This document shows, one piece after another, positions 9,096 to 17,446 of a stretch of DNA of 42,820 nt. Numbering within the stretch: the first letter of the stretch is position 1; each line of letters starts with the position of its first letter. Source of the stretch: Clostridia bacterium (GTDB lineage Bacteria; Bacillota; Clostridia; Oscillospirales; Acutalibacteraceae); contig JAGBTL010000210.1 in the NCBI GenBank assembly GCA_017631355.1, positions 1-42,820 of the forward strand, written 5' to 3'. The notes under the pieces are model-generated. The model saw only the letters and a list, made by a program, of their open reading frames with translations. It searched no databases and was not told the DNA's origin. Both the position numbers and the translations under genes were made by a program.

Positions 9096-10013
9096 ATGAA
9101 TTACACAGAGGTTAAAATTTTTGTTCCCACAAGCGATACCGAGCGTGCATCAGGTATTGCGGTTATGACTGTTCCTTATGGTATTTATATAGAGGACTAT
9201 TCTGACCTTGAGCAGGGTGCGTGGGAAATTGCACACATTGACTTGATTGATGAGGATTTGCTTGAGAAAAACCGTGAAGAATCAATCATTCACGTTTACA
9301 TTGAAGAGGGCAATAACCCTGCTGAGGCAGTTTCCTTCATTTCCGAGCGTCTTTCTGCCGAGGGTATATCATTTGAAATCGAAACAGACGGCTGTAGCGA
9401 GGATGATTGGGCTGATAAATGGAAGGCATTTTTCAAGCCCACGGCTGTTGGTGACAGATTGTTTGTAAGACCAATCTGGATAGATGATTATGATAGCGGT
9501 GACCGAGTAGTGCTCAACATTGAGCCGGGTGCCGCCTTTGGTACAGGCACTCACGAAACAACACGTCTTTGCCTTGAAACCCTTGATAAGATTATTAAGG
9601 CGGGTGACACCGTCCTTGATATCGGCTGTGGCAGCGGCATTCTTGCTATTGCCTCAATGCTCCTTGGTGCCACAGAGGGCTTTGGTGTTGATATTGACCC
9701 CCTTGCAGTTAAAACCGCTGTTGAAAATGGCAAAATGAATAATCTTACCGAGCCTCAGCTTCAGTTTGTTTGCGGTGACCTTGCAGATAAGGTAACCAAG
9801 AAATATGACGTTGTTGTGGCAAACATCGTTGCTGATATTATCATCCTTTTCAGCACTCAGGTAAGAGCGTTTATGAAGCAGTGCGCAAAATTCGTTGCAT
9901 CGGGTATTATTGATTCCCGTGCAGATGAGGTTGTGCTTGCGCTTCAGAATGCAGGTCTTTTGGTTAAAGAGCGCATAGAGGAAAACGGTTGGGTTTGCCT
10001 TGTATGTGAATGA
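9096..10013 (+). CDS. prmA: Ribosomal protein L11 methyltransferase
   Basis: MNYTEVKIFVP start, W..WK.FFKP block (WADKWKAFFKPTAVG), SAM-binding VLDIGCGSGILAIA and ANIVADI. The track ORF 9003.. begins inside the upstream gene. ATG 9096 is preceded by GAGG (9087-9090). Confidence 0.85.
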   Translation: MNYTEVKIFVPTSDTERASGIAVMTVPYGIYIEDYSDLEQGAWEIAHIDLIDEDLLEKNREESIIHVYIEEGNNPAEAVSFISERLSAEGISFEIETDGCSEDDWADKWKAFFKPTAVGDRLFVRPIWIDDYDSGDRVVLNIEPGAAFGTGTHETTRLCLETLDKIIKAGDTVLDIGCGSGILAIASMLLGATEGFGVDIDPLAVKTAVENGKMNNLTEPQLQFVCGDLADKVTKKYDVVVANIVADIIILFSTQVRAFMKQCAKFVASGIIDSRADEVVLALQNAGLLVKERIEENGWVCLVCE

Positions 10014-10040
10014 AAAATGCAAAATGTAGAATGCAAAATT
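10014..10040 (+). repeat. Heptanucleotide tandem repeat (AATGCAA AATGTAG AATGCAA) directly after the prmA stop
   Basis: Read directly from the sequence. It is followed by the hairpin GGAAGCtccGCTTCC (10046-10060) and GAACATTATAAG. Confidence 0.7.
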
Positions 10041-10076
10041 ATTGGGGAAGCTCCGCTTCCGAACATTATAAGATAT

Positions 10077-10112
10077 GCTCCGTGATACATAATGTGTTGC
10101 GGAGCTTTTATT
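10077..10112 (+). terminator. Candidate intrinsic terminator after prmA
   Basis: GCTCCGT (10077-10083) pairs with GCGGAGC (10099-10105), including one G-T pair, followed by TTTTATT (10106-10112). Confidence 0.5.
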
Positions 10113-10153
10113 AGTGTTAAAGATAATCTGGATGAAGTGAAAATTTATTATTT

Positions 10154-10181
10154 ATTCTCTGTTCTTTATTCTTTATTCTTT
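10154..10181 (+). repeat. Heptanucleotide tandem repeat ATTCTCT GTTCTTT ATTCTTT ATTCTTT upstream of the carboxypeptidase gene
   Basis: Read directly from the sequence, 34 nt upstream of ATG 10215. Confidence 0.6.
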
Positions 10182-10214
10182 GAGATTTTCATATATTTCA
10201 CCGAGGTGAGGTAT

Positions 10215-11480
10215 ATGAGAAATTTTTTCGTTTCAAAGCCAATTGTTTTTCTGATATCATTTTGTATTGTTTTTCAGCTTTGTACAGTAAGTGCTGCAGG
10301 AGTAAGCGTTGTAAAGGGTGAGGAGGAAATATCGCTCCCGAAGGATTTTGCCGCATCTGTCAGTAATGATGCGGAACTAAAAAAGCTACCTGTGGAAATC
10401 AAGGCAAAATCGGCAGTCTTGATGGAGGTATCTACAGGCGAAATTCTTATGGAATATAATTCCGATGTAAAGCTGTTCCCTGCATCGGTAACCAAAATTA
10501 TGACCATGCTTCTTGTTGCAGAGGCTGTTGATAGCAAGAAAATATCCTTGACGGATAAGGTGTCCTGCTCCGAAAATGCCGCGTCAAAGGGTGGTTCGCA
10601 GATATGGCTTGAGCCGGGTGAGAGTATGAGTGTGGATGAGCTTCTCCGCGCAACTGCAATCGGCAGTGCCAACGATGCCGCAACACTCCTTGGTGAATAC
10701 GTCGCAGGCAGCGAGGAGGCTTTTATAAGCCTTATGAATGACCGCGCAAAGGAAATTGGTATGAAAAACACCCGCTTTGTCAATGCCACGGGGCTTGATG
10801 ACACAACCGATGAGCACCTGACAACTGCCCGCGATATAGCAATAATGTCAAGACAGCTTTTGAAACACGATTTCATCACCAAATATACTACTGTGTGGAT
10901 GGATTCTCTTCGTGGCGGTGAAACTGAGCTTGTGAATACTAATAAGCTCGTCAGGTTTTATGAAGGCACAACAGGACTTAAAACAGGTACAACTGCCAAG
11001 GCGGGCTGCTGTGTTTCTGCAAGTGCCAAGCGTGATGGTCTTCACCTTGTGGCTGTAGTAATGGGCAGCGCTAATAGCAATGATCGCTTTAATACAGCCA
11101 AGGCTATGCTTAGCTGGGGCTTTAGTAATTACACGTTGTTTACTCCAAGGGTTGATAACTCTGCACTCAATCCTGTTAAGGTTATAAAGGGTAAAACGGA
11201 TATGGTTACACCCGAAATTCCTCAGCTTTCACCTGTGCTCGTTAAAAAGGGACAGGAGGAAAGCGTGGAAGTAAAAACACAGCTTTGCGCTGACGTGCAG
11301 GCGCCTGTAATCAAGGGTCAGACCCTTGGCACGGTTTCTGTCCTGGTTGACGGTAAATCGCATAATGAATATAAAATAACCGCTTCAGATGAGGTAGGGG
11401 AGCTTAACCTTTTTGGCGCATTGCTGAAAATAGCCAACTTCCTTTCAACAGGGGGCACAGAATATCCCTTTTTACCTTGA
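10215..11480 (+). CDS. Serine-type D-Ala-D-Ala carboxypeptidase (peptidase S11, PBP5/DacB/DacF-like)
   Basis: Signal peptide MRNFFVSKPIVFLISFCIVFQLCTVSAAG. Motifs are SxxK (ASVTK), SxN (GSAND) and KTG (LKTGTT). The start was moved to ATG 10215, behind GAGGTGAGG. Confidence 0.85.
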   Translation: MRNFFVSKPIVFLISFCIVFQLCTVSAAGVSVVKGEEEISLPKDFAASVSNDAELKKLPVEIKAKSAVLMEVSTGEILMEYNSDVKLFPASVTKIMTMLLVAEAVDSKKISLTDKVSCSENAASKGGSQIWLEPGESMSVDELLRATAIGSANDAATLLGEYVAGSEEAFISLMNDRAKEIGMKNTRFVNATGLDDTTDEHLTTARDIAIMSRQLLKHDFITKYTTVWMDSLRGGETELVNTNKLVRFYEGTTGLKTGTTAKAGCCVSASAKRDGLHLVAVVMGSANSNDRFNTAKAMLSWGFSNYTLFTPRVDNSALNPVKVIKGKTDMVTPEIPQLSPVLVKKGQEESVEVKTQLCADVQAPVIKGQTLGTVSVLVDGKSHNEYKITASDEVGELNLFGALLKIANFLSTGGTEYPFLP

Positions 11481-11555
11481 CAATTATTTAACCCTTTGAT
11501 AAAATAAGACGATAATGCAGTAATGCGACTTTTTTCAAAGGGGAAGTGACTTTTT

Positions 11556-13049
11556 ATGTTTTTTACTTCAACAAGAGATAATAATGTAAAGGTTACAGCA
11601 TCTAAGGCAATTGCAGACGGTATTTCACCCGACGGCGGTCTTTATATCCCTGAGAGCATTCCTCAGCTCAGCGCTGATGAAATCAAGGCTCTCTGTGGTG
11701 TGAATTATAAAGAGCGTGCCAAAAAGGTGCTTGGTCTTTACCTTACAGATTTCACAAAGGAAGAGCTTGATTATTGCGTAGAGGGCGCATATAAGGATGG
11801 CAAGTTTGATTCAGAATTTGTTGCTCCTGTTGTGAACGTTCACGACAACGTTAATATCCTTGAGCTTTTCCGTGGACCTACTTGTGCATTCAAGGATATG
11901 GCACTCCAGATATTGCCTTATCTCCTTACAGTTTCCGCTAAAAAGAACCTTAAGGATAAGGAAATTGTTATCCTCGTTGCAACGTCAGGCGATACAGGTA
12001 AGGCTGCGCTTGAGGGCTTCAAGGATGTTCCCGGCACACGCATTCTCGTGTTCTATCCCAATGACGGCGTAAGCCCCATGCAGAAGCTTCAGATGACCAC
12101 TCAGGAGGGTGGCAACGTTGGCGTTTGCGCAATCTACGGCAACTTTGACGACTGTCAGACAGGTGTTAAAAACATCTTCACTAACAAAGAAATTCTTGAC
12201 AGATTTGAGCAGAATAACCTTGTTTTCTCATCTGCAAACTCAATTAACTGGGGCAGGCTTGCACCGCAGATTGTTTACTACGTATCAGCATATTGCGATA
12301 TGATTAACAACGGCTCAATCAAATATGGCGACAAAATCAATATCGTTGTTCCCACAGGTAACTTCGGCAATATTCTTGCTGCATATTTTGCAAAGGAAAT
12401 GGGTCTTCCTGTAAACAAGCTTATCTGCGCATCAAATGCAAACAAGGTTCTTACAGACTTCATTGAAACAGGCGTTTATGATAGAAATCGTGATTTCTAC
12501 ACAACTGTTTCTCCCTCAATGGATATTCTTATTTCAAGCAACCTTGAAAGACTTCTTTACATTCTTTGCGGCAGAGATAGTGCAGTTATCAACGACTGGT
12601 TCACTCAACTCAAGGAAAATGGTAAGTACGAGGTAAGCGACGAGGTTAAGGCACAGATTCAGTCACTTTTCGTTGCAGGCTGCTGCGATGACGTTAAAAC
12701 AAAGGAGACAATCAACAGAGTATATAATGACTACGGCTACCTTGCAGATACACATACTGCGGTTGCTCTTGACGTTTGCGATTCCTACATTGAGTCAACA
12801 GGCGACAACACTCCTGTTGTTGTTGCTTCAACAGCATCACCCTTCAAGTTCTCAAAGGCAGTTCTTTCTGCAGTTGAGGGTGAAAAGGACTATGCAGATG
12901 AGTTCAGCACAGTAAGTGCACTTGAGGACGTTTCTTCTCTTAAGGCTCCTGCACAGCTTTCTGCGCTTAAGGGCAAGGAAGTAAGATTTACAAAGGTAAC
13001 GTCCAAGGAGAATATGGCTGACGTTGTCTTTGAAATGCTCGGTATTTAA
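11556..13049 (+). CDS. thrC: Threonine synthase (long form)
   Basis: MFFTSTRD start, PLP-lysine motif FRGPTCAFKDMALQ, ATSGDTGKAA and VPTGNFGNI blocks. Confidence 0.9.
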   Translation: MFFTSTRDNNVKVTASKAIADGISPDGGLYIPESIPQLSADEIKALCGVNYKERAKKVLGLYLTDFTKEELDYCVEGAYKDGKFDSEFVAPVVNVHDNVNILELFRGPTCAFKDMALQILPYLLTVSAKKNLKDKEIVILVATSGDTGKAALEGFKDVPGTRILVFYPNDGVSPMQKLQMTTQEGGNVGVCAIYGNFDDCQTGVKNIFTNKEILDRFEQNNLVFSSANSINWGRLAPQIVYYVSAYCDMINNGSIKYGDKINIVVPTGNFGNILAAYFAKEMGLPVNKLICASNANKVLTDFIETGVYDRNRDFYTTVSPSMDILISSNLERLLYILCGRDSAVINDWFTQLKENGKYEVSDEVKAQIQSLFVAGCCDDVKTKETINRVYNDYGYLADTHTAVALDVCDSYIESTGDNTPVVVASTASPFKFSKAVLSAVEGEKDYADEFSTVSALEDVSSLKAPAQLSALKGKEVRFTKVTSKENMADVVFEMLGI

Positions 13050-13061
13050 GGTGATTTACTG

Positions 13062-13760
13062 ATGTCATTATTTGTTATCGGTGACCCACATCTGTCTTTC
13101 TCCGTCAACAAGCCAATGGATGTTTTCAGGGGATGGACAGATTACGTTGACCGCCTCCGTGACAACTGGAACAGGGTTGTGGGTGCGGACGACAGCGTTG
13201 TGATTGCAGGCGATATTTCCTGGGCAATGAACTTTGAGGAGGCAAAAAAGGATTTTGCCTTTCTCAATGAGCTCAACGGCACCAAATATATCGTCAAGGG
13301 CAACCACGACTATTGGTGGAATACAATGTCAAAAATGAACAAGTTTCTTGAGGAGAATCATTTTGACACAATAAAAATTATTCACAATAATGCCTATAAG
13401 GTTGAGGGCTTTGCCATTGCAGGCACCCGTGGTTGGTTCTATGACGATTCCGAGGGCGACGTGCACAAGGTCATTCTTCGCGAGGCAGGCAGGCTCCGCG
13501 CATCACTTAAGGCAGCGTCAGAGCTTGGGGGAGAGGTTCTTGCCTTTCTCCATTATCCGCCCATCAATGAGGTTCAGCGTTGCGACGAGCTTCTTGACGT
13601 GCTTGCAGAGTTTCCTGTGAAGCGTTGCTTTTTCGGTCATCTTCACGGCTTTGTGGCACCGGGCTGCTCACGCATTGATGATAACGGCGTTGAGTTCAGG
13701 CTCATTTCTGCAGACTTTTTGCAGTTTGTGCCCAAGCTTATACCGCCTGTTGTTGAGTGA
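13062..13760 (+). CDS. Metallophosphoesterase (calcineurin-like phosphoesterase family)
   Basis: Motifs GDPHL, GDISW, GNHDYWW and a later GHLH. It starts 12 nt after thrC and is probably co-transcribed with it. Confidence 0.75.
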   Translation: MSLFVIGDPHLSFSVNKPMDVFRGWTDYVDRLRDNWNRVVGADDSVVIAGDISWAMNFEEAKKDFAFLNELNGTKYIVKGNHDYWWNTMSKMNKFLEENHFDTIKIIHNNAYKVEGFAIAGTRGWFYDDSEGDVHKVILREAGRLRASLKAASELGGEVLAFLHYPPINEVQRCDELLDVLAEFPVKRCFFGHLHGFVAPGCSRIDDNGVEFRLISADFLQFVPKLIPPVVE

Positions 13761-13856
13761 TTTTTATAAAAATTGCTTGTTTTGCTATGAATTTCCATAT
13801 ATTTTACTAAAATATGTAATTTTTTTAAAAATATGGTGGAAAATCAAATATTGTTG

Positions 13857-13865
13857 TGATATAAT
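13857..13865 (+). promoter_or_regulatory. Extended -10 promoter element upstream of tig
   Basis: TGaTATAAT at 13857-13865 in an AT-rich intergenic region, ~45 nt before ATG 13911. I saw no good -35. Confidence 0.45.
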
Positions 13866-13910
13866 ATCTCGGTAAAAATTATGTTCGCAAAATGAAAGGA
13901 TGTAATTCAA

Positions 13911-15374
13911 ATGTTAAAGTCTTGCGAAAAAATCGAAACTAACGTATATGCGGTTGAAGTTGCACTTGAGGGCGACGCTTTCAAAGCTGCGGTTACAAAG
14001 GCTTATACCAAAACAAAGGGTAAATACAACGTTCCCGGCTTCCGTAAGGGTAAGGCACCCAAGCACATCATTGAAACATACTATGGCAAGGAAGCTTTCT
14101 GGTATGATGCAATTGATGCAGAGTATCCCGCACTTTACGAAGAGGCTGTTAAGGAAGCAGGCATCAATCCTGTTGCTGCTCCCCACGACGATGAAATCGT
14201 TGATATGAGCGAAAACGGCTTCACAATCAAGTTTAAGGTAACAGTTAAGCCCGAGGTTGAGCTTAAGGCTTATAAGGGCATCAAGGCTGAAAAGGAAAAG
14301 GTTACAGTTAAGAAGGCTGAAATCAAGGCGGAGGTTGACAAGGCTCTTGAAAAGGATGCAAAGCTTGTTGCTGTTGAAGGCAAGGCTGCAAAGAAGGGCG
14401 ACATCGCAACTATTGACTTTGAAGGCTTCCTTGATGGTGTAGCATTTGAAGGCGGCAAGGGCGAGGGCTATGACCTTGAGCTTGGCTCAGGTAACTTCAT
14501 TCCCGGCTTTGAGGATCAGGTTATTGGCCACAAGGCTGACGAGGAGTTTGATATTGACGTAACCTTCCCCGAGGATTACGGCGCAGAAGAGCTTGCAGGC
14601 AAGGCTGTTGTTTTCAAAATCAAGCTTCACAAGATTATGAAGAAAGAGCTTCCCAAGTACGACGACGAGTTCGTTAAGGACGTTAGCGAGTTTGATACAA
14701 TCGCTGACTACGAAAAGAGCCTTGAGGAAGAAATCAAAGCAAGAAAAGAAGCTGCTGCTGACCGCGACTTTGAAAACAAGGTTATGGACACTCTTGTTGA
14801 TAACGTTGTTGCAGAAATCCCCGCAGTTATGATTGAAAAGGAAATTGATAATCAGATCAACGAATTTGATTACAGACTCCGTTCACAGGGCATGCAGATG
14901 GAAATGTACCTTCAGTACCTCGGTATGGATATTGCCGCACTCCGCGACAGTTACAAGGACGGCGCCGAGAAACAGGTTAAGCTTCGTCTTGCACTTGAAA
15001 AGATTGTTGAGCTTGAAAAGATTGACATCAGCGATGAGGATATCGAAACAGAGCTTAAGACATATGCAGATGCATACAATATGCCTATTGAGAAGATTAA
15101 GTCTCTCGTTTCTGCGGAGGACGTTAAGGCAGACCTTGCTTGCAGAAAAGCAATGGATCTTGTTAAGGAAACTGCAGTAGCAGGCGCAAAGAAGGCTCCT
15201 GCAAAGAAAAAGGCTGAAGCAGAGGATGCAGAAGCACCCGCTGAAAAGAAGGCTCCCGCAAAGAAAGCTCCTGCAAAGAAAAAGGCAGCTGCTGACGATG
15301 CTGAAAAGCCCGCAAAGAAGCCTGCAGCAAAGAAAGCTCCTGCTAAGAAGAAGGCAGAAGAGTCAGCTGAATAA
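13911..15374 (+). CDS. tig: Trigger factor with an unusual 64-aa Lys/Ala/Pro-rich C-terminal tail
   Basis: N-terminal ribosome-binding signature GFRKGKAPKHIIE and an FKBP-type PPIase block (GDIATIDFEGFLDGVAFEGGKG...FIPGFEDQVIGHK). The position upstream of clpP-clpX is the conserved one. The tail spans 15180-15371. Confidence 0.92.
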   Translation: MLKSCEKIETNVYAVEVALEGDAFKAAVTKAYTKTKGKYNVPGFRKGKAPKHIIETYYGKEAFWYDAIDAEYPALYEEAVKEAGINPVAAPHDDEIVDMSENGFTIKFKVTVKPEVELKAYKGIKAEKEKVTVKKAEIKAEVDKALEKDAKLVAVEGKAAKKGDIATIDFEGFLDGVAFEGGKGEGYDLELGSGNFIPGFEDQVIGHKADEEFDIDVTFPEDYGAEELAGKAVVFKIKLHKIMKKELPKYDDEFVKDVSEFDTIADYEKSLEEEIKARKEAAADRDFENKVMDTLVDNVVAEIPAVMIEKEIDNQINEFDYRLRSQGMQMEMYLQYLGMDIAALRDSYKDGAEKQVKLRLALEKIVELEKIDISDEDIETELKTYADAYNMPIEKIKSLVSAEDVKADLACRKAMDLVKETAVAGAKKAPAKKKAEAEDAEAPAEKKAPAKKAPAKKKAAADDAEKPAKKPAAKKAPAKKKAEESAE

Positions 15375-15497
15375 TTCAAAACAAGCTATGCCGCCACAGT
15401 TTTATCCTGGGGCGGTATATGTGATTTTTAGTGATGATTAAAATCTGACCGTTCGGTCAATAATCAACTTATATTTTAGTTTCAGGAGGTCGTTTTT

Positions 15498-16079
15498 ATG
15501 GCACTTGTACCTTACGTTGTTGAGCAAACAAGCCGTGGAGAGCGTCAATACGATATCTTTTCACGTCTTCTTAATGACAGAATTATCGTTCTTTCTGACG
15601 AGGTTAACGATGCAACCGCAAGCCTTGTTGTTGCGCAGCTTCTTTACCTTGAGGGTCAGGATCCTGAAAAGGACATCAGCTTTTACATCAATAGCCCCGG
15701 CGGTAGCGTAACCGCAGGCCTTGCTATTTACGATACAATGCAGTACATCAAGTGCGATGTTTCTACAATTTGTATGGGTATGGCAGCATCAATGGGTGCA
15801 TTCCTTTTCTCAGCAGGCACAAAGGGTAAGCGTTATATTCTTCCCAATGCAGAGGTTATGATTCATCAGCCCTTAGGCGGTGCACAGGGTCAGGCAACTG
15901 AAATCCTCATTGCTGCAGACCACATTAAGCGCACAAAGGATCGTCTTAACAAAATTCTTGCTGAAAACACAGGCAAGACAGTTGAGGAAATCTTTGTTGA
16001 TACAGAGCGCGATAACTGGCTTACAGCAGAGCAGGCTGTTGAATATGGTCTTGCTGACAAAATCATTGAAAAAAGATAA
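15498..16079 (+). CDS. clpP: ATP-dependent Clp protease proteolytic subunit
   Basis: [22 protein letters not shown], catalytic Ser in [10 protein letters not shown] and His in MIHQPLGG. Confidence 0.97.
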   Translation: MALVPYVVEQTSRGERQYDIFSRLLNDRIIVLSDEVNDATASLVVAQLLYLEGQDPEKDISFYINSPGGSVTAGLAIYDTMQYIKCDVSTICMGMAASMGAFLFSAGTKGKRYILPNAEVMIHQPLGGAQGQATEILIAADHIKRTKDRLNKILAENTGKTVEEIFVDTERDNWLTAEQAVEYGLADKIIEKR

Positions 16080-16104
16080 TTCTTAATTTTCGGAGGTGCT
16101 ACTT

Positions 16105-17358
16105 TTGGCACGAGATGATGAAAAGAAAGTCCGTTGTTCCTTTTGCGGCAAAACACAGGATCAGGTTGAAAGGTTAATTTCAGGTCCCGGCGTTTACATT
16201 TGTGACGCTTGTGTTGAGCTGTGTATGGATATCGTTGAGGGTATCCCCACAAAGCAAAAGGTAATCACACCCAAGCCTGTTAAAAAGCTTCCCAAGCCTA
16301 TGGAAATCAAGGCTGCCCTTGACGAGTACGTTATCGGTCAGGAAAAGGCAAAGCAGGTTCTTAGTGTTGCGGTTTACAATCATTACAAAAGAATATATAT
16401 GAAATCCCCCGACGATGTGGAAATCAATAAGAGCAACGTTCTTATGCTTGGTCCCACCGGTGTAGGTAAAACCTTACTTGCATCTACTCTTGCCAAGATT
16501 CTTGAGGTTCCCTTCGCTATTGCCGATGCCACAACCCTTACGGAGGCGGGCTACGTTGGTGAGGACGTTGAGAATATTCTTCTCAGACTCATTCAGGCGG
16601 CAGATTACGATATGGAGCGTGCAGAACGCGGCATCATCTACATCGACGAAATTGACAAAATCGGCAGAAAGTCCGAGAACACCTCAATCACACGTGACGT
16701 TAGCGGTGAGGGTGTTCAACAGGCACTTCTCAAGATTATTGAGGGCACAGTTGCTAACGTTCCTCCTCAGGGTGGCAGAAAGCATCCTCAGCAGGAGTTC
16801 ATTCAGATTGATACGTCAAAAATCCTCTTCATTTGCGGCGGTGCCTTTGCAGGCATTGAAAAGCTTGTTGAGGACAGAATGGGTAAATCTGTTGTTGGCT
16901 TCGGCGGTGAACTTCACTCCAAGTCAGAGCTTAAGGCAATGGATATGTACTCACAGGTTATCCCTCAGGATCTTGTTAAATTCGGTCTTATTCCCGAGCT
17001 TGTTGGTCGTATTCCTGTTATCACGTCACTTGAAAATCTTGACGTTAACGGACTTGTTAATATTATCACTCAGCCTAAGAATGCTCTTCTCAAGCAGTAC
17101 AAGAGCCTTCTTAAAATGGATAAGGTTGACCTTGAGTTTACCGATGAGGCAGTCAGAAAGGTTGCCGAGCTTACCATTGAGCGCGAAACAGGCGCACGTG
17201 GTCTTCGTTCCATTATGGAAAGTGTGCTTAACCCCATTATGTATGAGGTTCCCTCAGATGACAGCATTGAGGTAGTTAAAATCAATGCAGACGTTGTTGA
17301 GGGCAAGGGTGAGCCCGTTTTTGTCAAAAAAGCAAAAACCGATAATAAAGCGGTTTAA
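16105..17358 (+). CDS. clpX: ATP-dependent Clp protease ATP-binding subunit ClpX
   Basis: Zn-finger CSFCGK...CDAC, Walker A GPTGVGKT, Walker [10 protein letters not shown] and sensor GARGLRSI. The track start GTG 16096 overlaps the SD GGAGG (16092-16096). TTG 16105, 8 nt downstream of that SD, gives the usual MARDDEKK..CSFCG start. Confidence 0.95.
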   Translation: MARDDEKKVRCSFCGKTQDQVERLISGPGVYICDACVELCMDIVEGIPTKQKVITPKPVKKLPKPMEIKAALDEYVIGQEKAKQVLSVAVYNHYKRIYMKSPDDVEINKSNVLMLGPTGVGKTLLASTLAKILEVPFAIADATTLTEAGYVGEDVENILLRLIQAADYDMERAERGIIYIDEIDKIGRKSENTSITRDVSGEGVQQALLKIIEGTVANVPPQGGRKHPQQEFIQIDTSKILFICGGAFAGIEKLVEDRMGKSVVGFGGELHSKSELKAMDMYSQVIPQDLVKFGLIPELVGRIPVITSLENLDVNGLVNIITQPKNALLKQYKSLLKMDKVDLEFTDEAVRKVAELTIERETGARGLRSIMESVLNPIMYEVPSDDSIEVVKINADVVEGKGEPVFVKKAKTDNKAV

Positions 17359-17371
17359 TTACTAAAAGATT

Positions 17372-17396
17372 GGGGAGCCGAAAAATACGGCTCCCC
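17372..17396 (+). terminator. Stem-loop between clpX and lon (no T-tract; partial terminator or processing site)
   Basis: GGGGAGCCG (17372-17380), loop aaaaata, then CGGCTCCCC (17388-17396), a perfect 9-bp stem. It is followed by gttaag rather than a U-run. Confidence 0.35.
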
Positions 17397-17446
17397 GTTA
17401 AGTCTATATATACCTTATTATTTTAGGTCAAAAATAGGAGAAGTTT

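Noticed and set aside
10014-10040. The heptamer tracts (also 23755-23788 and 10154-10181) considered as a CRISPR array or part of one.
   Set aside because: The unit length is 7 nt with no spacers, there are only 3-4 units, and no cas genes are present. These are simple tandem repeats.
10058-10072. LexA (Cheo-box-like) half-site CGAACAT in CCGAACATTATAAG.
   Set aside because: There is no matching GTTCG half at the required 4-nt spacing. The string is part of the repeat module, and its position downstream of a gene is wrong for an SOS operator.
16478-17275. 265-aa same-strand alternative-frame ORF inside clpX. Similar long shadow ORFs include 10274..10882(-), 22398..22964(-), 14951..15379(-) and 7039..7551(-).
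   Set aside because: All lie wholly inside well-supported genes. Their products are Ser/Leu/Arg-rich and low-complexity, typical of off-frame translation in a genome with strong codon bias, and they lack SD sequences. There is no evidence for overlapping genes.
17425-17443. CtsR-like operator AGGTCAAA-aat-AGGAGAAG upstream of lon.
   Set aside because: Only the first heptad matches. The second 'repeat' is the lon Shine-Dalgarno sequence and has three mismatches to GGTCAAA. It is probably coincidental.
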